Virus record (IMG/VR): IMGVR_UViG_3300021560_000026
Location: 1 to 42,539 of that record
Reading direction: 5' to 3' (one strand)
Origin: a virus
Lineage: Duplodnaviria; Caudoviricetes
DNA: 42,539 nt
In this document: positions 16,307 to 24,409 of the stretch, in pieces
Layout of the letters: the number at the start of each line of letters is the position of its first letter
Position numbering within the stretch: the stretch's first letter is position 1
Notes under the pieces: generated by a model
Databases searched by the model: none
What the model was told of the DNA's origin: nothing
Seen by the model: the letters and a program-made list of their open reading frames with translations, nothing else
Made by a program: the position numbers and the translations under genes

Positions 16307-18199
16307 TCAATCTAACTCCATTACGCACTTTAAAAGTCTATTCTTTTTATCTATCTTGGTTATTCTAATATTAACCCCTCTATTAAATAGCACTTCAGAT
16401 TCATCTTTATTATCTATTGTTGTTCCCGGCATTCCAGCTGGAACTTCAATTTGCATTACAAGTTTGCGTTTTCCCCAAGTAGGATCAGTAGATTCTGCCA
16501 TAATAGCTTGCCAATCCTGCCACCCCTCTGGATTTAACGAAGTTGAAAGAAAGGTACGTTCCTTCCAAGACATACCATTAACAGCTTTAGTAAAAAGAAA
16601 CTTAGCAAAATCCCCTCTAACTATTCGCGTTAACATAAGTGGTACAGGCGTCTTAGCCTGCGATAAAAAAGTCTCTAGCTGCGCTATATGTTCCTTTGCT
16701 TTTTTATCCCGGCATTCTTCGCCACGCCTAAGACAATCATTCATGTCTACATAACCATCCGAGCGATAAAAATCTAATGCTCTATATTGTTCAGAATTAA
16801 TCTTTGGCACATAAGCTTCGAGTGCGTCGTATGCCTTATCCCAGTTCTTCGTATCTATCAATTGTTCAATTTCTTTTGTAGACTTTGGAGGTTTTGCTGC
16901 CGCTGCAGATATTGACGCGCGAGCAAAGGCTTTTTTCTTAAGTGCTAGTTCGCTCGCAACTCCAGTCGAAGTTTTAGTTCCTGCTCCTCCCTTCTCTACA
17001 AATTGTCCGGCCTCAGATCCGCTACTTGCTCGTGGATGCTCAGATTCTTTCCACTCCGCGTCTTTGGCTTCTGGTAGCCTATTGTAAGTAGAAAGAAAGT
17101 CAAAAGCCTTGTCCTTTAGATGAAACCAAGATTGTAGATGCTCAGGAAGATCAGTGTTATTCGTTTCACCTTGATGCGTTAAAGCGTACTGAGCTAGCTC
17201 GTCTTCCCTAACACCATGACCACCGGGAGTCGTTTGAATAAACTTAACTACTTTATGAATATTTTCAGGCGGAATATGATTACGAGTAATCCACTGCCTA
17301 TAAGATAATCCTGGTTCTAACACATCAGGACCGCCTTCCTTTGCTTGACCTCTAGGAATTTTAGCTATGACATAGCCGCCTCCCTTATCTCGAATTTCGT
17401 TTTTACTTAACCAAATATTACCTGACTGCGCGGGTTTTATTCCACTTTTAGCAATATTCTCTAGTTGACTAGGAGTACTTGCGGCATGATAAAAATATTC
17501 ATGCGTATCCGTATCCCTAGGCAATGCTTGATTTGCAAACTGCTCTAAATGTTTAGAATTACTAACTTCCAAAGACGTAAATTGTCCTCTCTCGTTACGC
17601 GGATGCTGCTGCTCCTCCCACTGATCCTGACTTAATAAATCATCCAATAAATCATCATCCATACCGACAATTAAATTATATAATACTTGTGCATCTTCTT
17701 CCGCACCATATTCGTTAGCACCAGCAAACGCATAACCACTAGGCGCTCGATCGGGATCTTCTAGTGCTTGTTGTCTATCTCGTTCAGCGGCTGCAATACG
17801 CCCCGGTATAGCGTCCGCTGCAATATGCGCAAACTCATGACAAATAACGTGTTCGGGCTCTCGAACCATATTGCCGTGCCAGCCCATATAATCATCACCT
17901 ACTGGCACGATATAAGAATCAAGGCTAGCTTGTTGTAATATCTCTGGATCTTGGCTAAACCAATAACTATTTAATTGAATAATACCTGGCTGATCTGCAT
18001 TGCCAAGAGAATGATCGTCTTCATCCCCGGGCTGATATAATTCAACTCGTTTTAGTGGAACCCAAGGATACCTAGACATTAGACCACGGATTATTGATTC
18101 TATCTTTTCTGCGTGTTCTGGGTGCGCGTTTTCTAAATTGAATTGAACAGATTCTTCTTGCTTCTCTAAATCAGAAGCTATATCGAAAATAGTGTCCAT
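16307..18199 (-). CDS. Polyprotein: HExxH metallopeptidase-like + H-clade ART-like + VIP2-like ADP-ribosyltransferase
   Basis: ICHEFAH...SGYA....EY.AE; YFYHAAS...I.KSGI...IWLS...IPPENI; Y..MN..LR, LTR, FLSTS, ESEVLF.RG (R-S-ExE). Confidence 0.8.
   Translation of the reverse strand: MDTIFDIASDLEKQEESVQFNLENAHPEHAEKIESIIRGLMSRYPWVPLKRVELYQPGDEDDHSLGNADQPGIIQLNSYWFSQDPEILQQASLDSYIVPVGDDYMGWHGNMVREPEHVICHEFAHIAADAIPGRIAAAERDRQQALEDPDRAPSGYAFAGANEYGAEEDAQVLYNLIVGMDDDLLDDLLSQDQWEEQQHPRNERGQFTSLEVSNSKHLEQFANQALPRDTDTHEYFYHAASTPSQLENIAKSGIKPAQSGNIWLSKNEIRDKGGGYVIAKIPRGQAKEGGPDVLEPGLSYRQWITRNHIPPENIHKVVKFIQTTPGGHGVREDELAQYALTHQGETNNTDLPEHLQSWFHLKDKAFDFLSTYNRLPEAKDAEWKESEHPRASSGSEAGQFVEKGGAGTKTSTGVASELALKKKAFARASISAAAAKPPKSTKEIEQLIDTKNWDKAYDALEAYVPKINSEQYRALDFYRSDGYVDMNDCLRRGEECRDKKAKEHIAQLETFLSQAKTPVPLMLTRIVRGDFAKFLFTKAVNGMSWKERTFLSTSLNPEGWQDWQAIMAESTDPTWGKRKLVMQIEVPAGMPGTTIDNKDESEVLFNRGVNIRITKIDKKNRLLKCVMELD
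17034..17105 (-). repeat. 72-bp direct repeat, copy 2 (tag-coding cassette)
   Basis: Encodes FDFLSxYxxLPEAKDAEWKESEHP; matches 16151-16222. Confidence 0.9.
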
Positions 18200-18200
18200 C

Positions 18201-18314
18201 TAAAAAATACGGGCCAAGAACTAAGTTAACTGGCAGAAAACCAAGAGCTCGGCCCTAGTTTAGGGAGGAAACTACCGGCTTAAAGCTCAAATGGCTTATC
18301 AGCTTTAACCGGCA
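18201..18314 (-). ncRNA. alpha-r8 / MmgR (suhB)-like small RNA ending in an intrinsic terminator
   Basis: Hairpin CCGG-TTAAAGCT/AGCTTTAA-CCGG, then TTTCCTCCCT (18271-18262), then a GGGCC/GGCCC hairpin and T6. Confidence 0.6.
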
Positions 18315-18421
18315 TCCCCGTCAACGCTGCGTTCCTCGTCAACAGCATCAACGAAGCTCGATCAATTTACCACTAGAAGCTTTTGACAAAGCCTCTAATA
18401 CTTTTGGACAAGGCGTTGTAA

Positions 18422-18829
18422 TCACGGCCACTTATTCTGCTGCTGCCGATCCTGCTTGAGCAGCTCTTGCTCGCGCTGCGCAATTTGTCGAGCGGCCGCA
18501 TTGCGTGCAGCGCGGGCCTTCTTAAAACCGGCTCTCGCACGCTCATCGTCAGCTAGGTTACCCTGGAGCCACACGTCGAAAATACGAGCCACGTATCTCG
18601 TATAAGCCTCATCAAGCGCCTGCTTGTCCAGCTTTAGCAGCGTTGAATCGAGCGGTATGCCCTCGTACAGCTGCGGCTCGAGGAGCTGTGCCTCGGCCTC
18701 CGACCAGTCGTTGTTGACAAGACGGCCGGCGAGAAACACTCCCGAGACGATGACCAGCACAATCCCGAGCGCCAACGCAAAGCGGCGCCCGACGCTCAAA
18801 TTCTCGAGGAACTCCATCCGCCATGACAA
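18422..18829 (-). CDS. Membrane-anchored hypothetical protein
   Basis: One N-terminal TM segment and a helical C-terminus; GC-rich codon use. Confidence 0.6.
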   Translation of the reverse strand: MSWRMEFLENLSVGRRFALALGIVLVIVSGVFLAGRLVNNDWSEAEAQLLEPQLYEGIPLDSTLLKLDKQALDEAYTRYVARIFDVWLQGNLADDERARAGFKKARAARNAAARQIAQREQELLKQDRQQQNKWP

Positions 18830-18873
18830 CTGCAGAAAAACGCACCATAATTACTGGAATAAATACGTATCAC

Positions 18874-19341
18874 TTAAAGCTGCACACTAGCTCCGATAGT
18901 CATCGTTGTCGTATCAGTTGTTACTATATTCACGCGCCACGATGCAGGTAACGGAACAGGACAAATAACGTTAGCGGCGGCGGTCAACCCTGGGTAAATA
19001 GTTAGGGTCTTAAATCCGGTAGTATTTATTCCCGTTGTGGCGCAAAGCGTATAAAATTGGCCCGACGCTGCATCTTGCCCTTGTACGGTTATTGTAGCGG
19101 TGCCAGTTCGGGCTGAAGTAATATTTATACCAAGAACAAGCCCCTTACCATACTTATTTGTGAATACCGCACTATTATACGTTCCCGGCGGATTTGATGC
19201 GCTATAGATACTTACGTTTGCATTACCAAACTCGGGAATTGCTGGCGCTTGTGCTTTGCTACTTCCATGCAAGGTAAGCGCAAGTGCAGCAAAAATCCCT
19301 CCGATCAGTAACCCGCGTTTTCCCGCGCGTAAATAGCGCAT
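18874..19341 (-). CDS. Beta-sandwich protein with signal peptide, possibly virion-associated
   Basis: T.TVQG.D.ASG..Y.L...LTIYPGL....N.....LP..WRV pattern. Start taken at MRYLRAG. Confidence 0.6.
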   Translation of the reverse strand: MRYLRAGKRGLLIGGIFAALALTLHGSSKAQAPAIPEFGNANVSIYSASNPPGTYNSAVFTNKYGKGLVLGINITSARTGTATITVQGQDAASGQFYTLCATTGINTTGFKTLTIYPGLTAAANVICPVPLPASWRVNIVTTDTTTMTIGASVQL

Positions 19342-19382
19342 CTCGATACCCGCTACCCTGATATGTCCCAAGCTAAGATTTG

Positions 19383-19412
19383 CATTTACTTCGCGTTAAA
19401 ATAGAAGTAAAT
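19383..19412. repeat. 30-bp dyad element, copy 2 (inverted relative to copy 1)
   Basis: CATTTACTTC-N11-GAAGTAAAT. Confidence 0.7.
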
Positions 19413-19582
19413 CATAGTTGATCCGACATAGCATACTGCTTTAGCAGTTTGTCCTTTGCATAGATCACCAAGCCTGCAGCTATCATAGTAAAAACCAACT
19501 GCAGGATTTGCACGAACACTTTTACTGGACCCTTGCTTACGCCTTCGACCATCAAATACCACCATAGCTGCCAGTAAGACAT
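19412..19582 (-). CDS. Small membrane protein (56 aa)
   Basis: Manual translation MSYWQLWWYLMVEGVSKGPVKVFVQILQLVFTMIAAGLVIYAKDKLLKQYAMSDQL; fills the gap in the operon. Confidence 0.5.
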   Translation of the reverse strand: MSYWQLWWYLMVEGVSKGPVKVFVQILQLVFTMIAAGLVIYAKDKLLKQYAMSDQL

Positions 19583-19585
19583 CGC

Positions 19586-20275
19586 CTATGGTCCAGTTGG
19601 GCCTGTAGGACCTGCGGGTCCTGTGGCACCGGCAACTCCTGCATGACCGGTGGGTCCAGTTGTGCCGGCAGGGCCCGTGGCTCCAGCGCCAGTGGCCCCA
19701 GCTGGACCAATACTACCAGTTGCCCCTTGGACGCCAGTAAATCCGGTTGGCCCGGCAGGACCAGTGGCCCCTGTACCTTGCGGACCGCGCAATCCAGTGG
19801 GGCCTATTGCGCCGGTCGGCCCAGCAGAAGGCCCAGTGGCTCCAGTGGCTCCGGTTGCCCCAGTAGGTCCTCCAGCAGGTCCTGTTGCGCCAGCACTACC
19901 AATAGCACCAGTAGGACCGATGCTACCGGCCGGGCCAGTCGAACCACGAACGCCCGTTGCCCCAGTAGCACCAATAGGGCCTGTTGGACCACCGCTCGGA
20001 CCGGTTGGCCCTTGAGATCCTGCTGGCCCAGTTGGGCCTGCTGATGGACCTGTAGGACCTTGTGGTCCGGTTGCGCCGGACGTAACGCCTTGCCATGCCG
20101 CTGCGCCTGCTATATTATTTACGCATTGATAGGAAGCAGATCCAACAACAATAAAGAAATCACCAATAGAGAAACCTGCATTAATATCGTTCGTCGCACC
20201 GGGGATACCAGTGCCAAGAAATACTTTAGGTGCCGAGAATCTTTGGCCTGTATCGATATCAAGAGCATGAGCCAT
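19586..20275 (-). CDS. Collagen-like (Gly-X-Y) fibre protein
   Basis: Long GPT/GAT/GPA tract after a short N-terminal domain. Start taken at MAHALD. Confidence 0.85.
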   Translation of the reverse strand: MAHALDIDTGQRFSAPKVFLGTGIPGATNDINAGFSIGDFFIVVGSASYQCVNNIAGAAAWQGVTSGATGPQGPTGPSAGPTGPAGSQGPTGPSGGPTGPIGATGATGVRGSTGPAGSIGPTGAIGSAGATGPAGGPTGATGATGATGPSAGPTGAIGPTGLRGPQGTGATGPAGPTGFTGVQGATGSIGPAGATGAGATGPAGTTGPTGHAGVAGATGPAGPTGPTGP

Positions 20276-20279
20276 TTTC

Positions 20280-20510
20280 TTAGCTTTCTTTATCTTCAAA
20301 ACCAACGGAAGGACTACTACGTCCTTCCAAAATTTCGTTTGCTTGTGCTGACAATAGCTTACATAATCTCATAGCCTCATTAACTCTATCTACCTTACCA
20401 AAAAACTCAACGCGCTTAACAACACCTGGAATACCAGTAAAGTATTCTATCGCCGAAATACGCGGACAAGTTTGCCAATCTCCGTGCTCATTATCGCAAT
20501 ACTTACACAT
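20280..20510 (-). CDS. Small zinc-binding hypothetical protein
   Basis: CxxC..H....CPRI..IEY.....KRVEF motif. Confidence 0.6.
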   Translation of the reverse strand: MCKYCDNEHGDWQTCPRISAIEYFTGIPGVVKRVEFFGKVDRVNEAMRLCKLLSAQANEILEGRSSPSVGFEDKES

Positions 20511-20511
20511 T

Positions 20512-21195
20512 TTATGCGGCCTTTATTAAGTTACGTCGCCACAAAAGCAGAAAAAGACTAACTAGCGTAAATAATAACACAAAACTCGATGGCTCATTGA
20601 TGCGAATAACCTCGGTTCCAGCAGTCTGAATAGTATCAGTAATAGCTTGACCGGGTTGTGTGAAAAATACTAAGAAATCTTGTTGAACAGAGGTAATATC
20701 TGGAACAAAAGTAGGTCCTTGTATATCGAAGGATATTTGGTTTGCTGAAAACGGAGCAAAGTGCAGCGGATTAAAATCGGTAGAATCAAAAAGAAAAGTA
20801 GGGCCAGCAAACTGATCAAAACCTGCAAAGTTCTGAATTGCAAACGTAGTAGTCATATCTGCATTAACAGGAGATAAATTCTGTTGAATAACATCAACTT
20901 GTAGCGAATGATCGCCATTAAAAATCGATTCGTCGGCGCCGGTAGCAAGAACTGTTGTTATTAAGTTTGGACTATTTACTATCGGAACCCCAACAGTGCG
21001 CACAAGAATTGAAAGAAAGTCTGGCTCAGTAGGTATAAAAACAATATCACCTGTCAAAGAAACGGGACTTATACTTGGCGGGCCATCATCCTCTGAAACA
21101 CTAATTTGTATGATAGGATTAGCCCGAACATACGACGTGAACAGAACAACTATCGAACAAACTAGAATAAACAGGACAAGAAAGATAGCTTTCAT
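20512..21195 (-). CDS. PEP-CTERM-like surface protein
   Basis: Signal peptide; C-terminal INEPSS, hydrophobic helix, then WRR. Confidence 0.7.
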   Translation of the reverse strand: MKAIFLVLFILVCSIVVLFTSYVRANPIIQISVSEDDGPPSISPVSLTGDIVFIPTEPDFLSILVRTVGVPIVNSPNLITTVLATGADESIFNGDHSLQVDVIQQNLSPVNADMTTTFAIQNFAGFDQFAGPTFLFDSTDFNPLHFAPFSANQISFDIQGPTFVPDITSVQQDFLVFFTQPGQAITDTIQTAGTEVIRINEPSSFVLLFTLVSLFLLLWRRNLIKAA

Positions 21196-21198
21196 TGC

Positions 21199-21951
21199 TT
21201 ATGCAGCCTTTAGCAGATTACGCGGCAGAACCACTTCTGCATAACACCGACAATTGTAAATCGCTCCGGGCAACGAACGTTCACCTTTATCGCCCGTAAT
21301 AGGCGGCTCGGTCCATTTAAAGTATTTGCCTTCGAGCTTTTGGTGTAGTGGTCTGACACTTTTATCCAGCGCAGTGCGCCAAATGTATCCATCTGATCCT
21401 ACATAATTAGCACGAGCTTTAGTAAATTCTGCTTCTGTTCTACCTATCTCAGTTCGAGCAATTAATTCCGCACGCGATCTAGTAACGTGACCAGTATCAA
21501 GTATTAATTCAGCAATCTCTTTTGCGCGTTGAGATGATACAACAGCTTCAGTAGTTAAGTCATGAACACGCTGTGCGGCATCAAGAGGGAGAGAAGTAAT
21601 AAGTCTTACTTGCTCTGCCAGCGCATCTTTAACGACTTGTCCTATGTCTGCATTAGCCAACTCTTGTCGCATGGCTAATCCCATGTCTTTTGTATATCTA
21701 CGCCACGTTCGTCCATTATGGGCTTCAACCTCCCGCAGCATCCGCATTCCGGTTGCCTGCGCCCAAGGCTTTAGCATACCACCATAACGATTTAATAGTT
21801 TGATTACTTGGTTAGCGTGCTTCTCATCGCTCAAGTCAAACGCTTTAATCAGTGCATCAACTTGATGCGCAATCCTTCGTAACGCACGGACGTAACGCGA
21901 TTCAATACTTTTTGCGCGAATAAAGCGACGATGAGTAGCAGAAGACTTCAA
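21199..21951 (-). CDS. Minor head protein (SPP1 gp7 / MuF family)
   Basis: RAELIARTE, YIWRTA.D..VRP.H..LEG..F.W and PG.IYNCRC motifs. Confidence 0.92.
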   Translation of the reverse strand: MKSSATHRRFIRAKSIESRYVRALRRIAHQVDALIKAFDLSDEKHANQVIKLLNRYGGMLKPWAQATGMRMLREVEAHNGRTWRRYTKDMGLAMRQELANADIGQVVKDALAEQVRLITSLPLDAAQRVHDLTTEAVVSSQRAKEIAELILDTGHVTRSRAELIARTEIGRTEAEFTKARANYVGSDGYIWRTALDKSVRPLHQKLEGKYFKWTEPPITGDKGERSLPGAIYNCRCYAEVVLPRNLLKAA

Positions 21952-21952
21952 C

Positions 21953-22051
21953 TTAGCTAAGAACTATAGAAAGAACCGCATAAGCCATGCCCGCTATAAC
22001 ACAAACAACGGCAAGACTTGCTAAGAATAAGAATATATCAGTTAGACTCAA
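21953..22051 (-). CDS. Possible 32-aa membrane peptide
   Basis: TTG start overlapping the upstream stop; almost entirely hydrophobic. Confidence 0.3.
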   Translation of the reverse strand: MSLTDIFLFLASLAVVCVIAGMAYAVLSIVLS

Positions 22052-22251
22052 TTCATATAACCATTAACTGCGGGCAAGACGTACAATAATGCTCTACGCG
22101 CTTCGCCTAAGCTAGTTGACTTATAAAGAAGTTCCCATTTTTCTGGATCGCCATCATCTTGTGTCTGTAAATGATATTCAACTTTCTTTGTACCATCGGC
22201 AAAATGACTAACATATTCCATTATTCGATATGCGCCTTCACTCTGCGGCAT
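22048..22251 (-). CDS. Hypothetical protein
   Basis: ORF overlapping the end of the portal gene. Confidence 0.5.
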   Translation of the reverse strand: MPQSEGAYRIMEYVSHFADGTKKVEYHLQTQDDGDPEKWELLYKSTSLGEARRALLYVLPAVNGYMN

Positions 22252-23851
22252 TGCGCCAACCTTCTTGCGGTAATTGACTTTGACTAGATTCTAGCCCCGC
22301 ACCCGCCTGGTACTCTTGTCCCTCAGCACCTGGACTCGCAACACCAGGCTCACCAAAAATATCAGGCGGGGCGGGGGGCTCGATAGGCTTAGAAAGATCT
22401 AAGCCCTGATACGGCGATTCTTCATCCGCCGCAAGCCGTTCTCGGACCTCTTCCGCCGTAACCGCGCCCATCTCTATATACTGCATATCAGTTTGGGCTT
22501 TAGCTTGATTATTTTGTACTAATTGGGCAGGATCAACTTGCTGTAAAGGTTTAAACTCAAACATAATCTCAGGATCAGTTTCGCCCCATAACGATAATTG
22601 AACAAAATCAATTAGTGTTGTTGCTGGACGTCGCAGTAGTCTTTCTTGAAACCCTGCTATCCAGTCATCAAACGCGATCAACTCGCCTTGTGAGGAGGCA
22701 TTAAAACCAGCAGGCTGAATATTGAGTAACTTTACCGCTGGTATCCTTCCAACCGAACACATATGTTCTTGCGACTGCGACTGCAATTCATGCAAGCCGC
22801 CGATTGGCGCCGAGACATTAGCAAAGTCTTCGTCGGAGGTTTTATTTAGAACAAATAAGTTAGAGTTATCCCGCAAAATATTGAATAACTCAATTCGCTT
22901 CCAAAACTTGTCAGACCCCGGCATCAATGCTGCCTGAAGATCGGTCTTTAAAACAAATACTGAAAACGAATGAATTAAATCTGATACCGACTGCCTTGTT
23001 CTCAGCCAATTATCAACATAAGGCTTTGCCATCTGCGACATCGACAAGCCGGCAAAGGAATACGCAGGCTTAAGAATATCAGGAACGGGGCGTCCAATTA
23101 ACGTTAGTAGTCTTGTGCGATGGACCTCCTTGCCCATCACGAACCACTGTTCTGGTCTATACCAATTTGGACTTAGCGGATCAATCGAATTATAGTTGGT
23201 GGGATAAACCCACATAGGTTCGACATTACGAAATGCTTTTAGCTTACCTTTTTGCACTTTCTGCTTTGATATCAAACCCCTACCATTACCAATTGGCGTC
23301 TTTAACTCATCACGATTGTCGGTGTCTCCTGTATCTATATAAATCTGACCACGACCAAAAAACCCATCGTGCTCAATCGCTAAAGTAATAACATCCTTCA
23401 AACGATAATTATCACAAGCATCTGTTAATTCCTTAATCTTTTCTGTCTTATCATTATCCCCCGTAGATTTAAACTCAATCCATTCGCGGGTCATCTCTGC
23501 TGCAATAGTCTCACTTAATACTCTATATTCCGCCCTCTGCGCTAATAAAGCCAGTTCCGCAAAACCTAACCAAACTAAACCTTCTGCATAATTAGATCGT
23601 ATTGCATTATTTGCCCAGTCATACGTACTAGAAAACGAACTATTAAAATCATCAAGAGCTAGTTTTATGTCTTCGTTAGTGCCCGGAATAACCCCTGGTG
23701 GTGGTTCTGGAAATCTAAATGGCGGCCATACGTCAGGCGATTTTGGCTTTTCACGACGAAGACTGCGCGCAAACGGAATAACATTATCCCAGTTGGCAGA
23801 TTTCCACCAACTAGCTTGACGCGGTTGTATTCTTTTTCTTATCTCAGACAC
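22238..23851 (-). CDS. Portal protein (DUF1073 family)
   Basis: LA.LAQR.EYR...E..A.EMTR.W, FGRGQI, EPMW.YP..YN..DPL, YSF.G.S.SQ...PYVDNWLRTRQSVSDL and P.G.NASS.GE motifs. Confidence 0.93.
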   Translation of the reverse strand: MSEIRKRIQPRQASWWKSANWDNVIPFARSLRREKPKSPDVWPPFRFPEPPPGVIPGTNEDIKLALDDFNSSFSSTYDWANNAIRSNYAEGLVWLGFAELALLAQRAEYRVLSETIAAEMTREWIEFKSTGDNDKTEKIKELTDACDNYRLKDVITLAIEHDGFFGRGQIYIDTGDTDNRDELKTPIGNGRGLISKQKVQKGKLKAFRNVEPMWVYPTNYNSIDPLSPNWYRPEQWFVMGKEVHRTRLLTLIGRPVPDILKPAYSFAGLSMSQMAKPYVDNWLRTRQSVSDLIHSFSVFVLKTDLQAALMPGSDKFWKRIELFNILRDNSNLFVLNKTSDEDFANVSAPIGGLHELQSQSQEHMCSVGRIPAVKLLNIQPAGFNASSQGELIAFDDWIAGFQERLLRRPATTLIDFVQLSLWGETDPEIMFEFKPLQQVDPAQLVQNNQAKAQTDMQYIEMGAVTAEEVRERLAADEESPYQGLDLSKPIEPPAPPDIFGEPGVASPGAEGQEYQAGAGLESSQSQLPQEGWRNAAE

Positions 23852-23855
23852 TTAA

Positions 23856-24203
23856 CTAATTATCGTCTGATCCGCGTCGGTGAATTGTAGTTGCTTGTTG
23901 TTGAACTTGTAATTCAACAGCTGGACCGGTGGGTCCGGTTGATCCTATATGACCGCGCCATCCTCTATCGCCGGTTGGTCCGGTAGCTCCTTCAGGTCCA
24001 GTCGGCCCAGCTCGGCCACTACCACTAGGAACTCCCATCCAAGCCGCTTTGCCTTTATCACTGCAAACACAAATAAAAAAAGTTTTATCTTTTGTGTTAA
24101 TCCATAGATCGCCTAAACCATAAAACTTACTCTCATCATCCCTTTCAGATGGATCTCTGTGGTCAACATGCCGTCTAACGACTAAATCATCCTCGCGAGC
24201 CAT
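23856..24203 (-). CDS. Short collagen-like protein
   Basis: GDLWINT...FFIC....GKAAW domain followed by ~11 Gly-X-Y triplets. Confidence 0.7.
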   Translation of the reverse strand: MAREDDLVVRRHVDHRDPSERDDESKFYGLGDLWINTKDKTFFICVCSDKGKAAWMGVPSGSGRAGPTGPEGATGPTGDRGWRGHIGSTGPTGPAVELQVQQQATTIHRRGSDDN

Positions 24204-24404
24204 CTAGTAAGGACCATTCCAGGTAGCCGCGGCAGTAGCATTACTAAGGCAAATATAGAATTTAGCAGTAGTAGTATTGAGCCACATATCACCAAGCATT
24301 ACGCCCTGTCTGTTATCATTATTTGCGGTTGGGTTAACCGTATCAACATGAATACGCGAAACCGGTACTTGTCGGCCCGTAGATACGTCTGTTGCTTGTG
24401 CCAT
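24204..24404 (-). CDS. Small fibre-associated domain protein
   Basis: NPT.NND...G...GDMWLNTTT..FYIC..NA..AA.W; paralogous to the N-termini of the two collagen proteins. Confidence 0.7.
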   Translation of the reverse strand: MAQATDVSTGRQVPVSRIHVDTVNPTANNDNRQGVMLGDMWLNTTTAKFYICLSNATAAATWNGPY

Positions 24405-24409
24405 CTTTA

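Noticed and set aside
19643-20044. Plus-strand Pro/Gly-rich ORFs
   Set aside because: Antisense shadows of the collagen Gly-X-Y codons.
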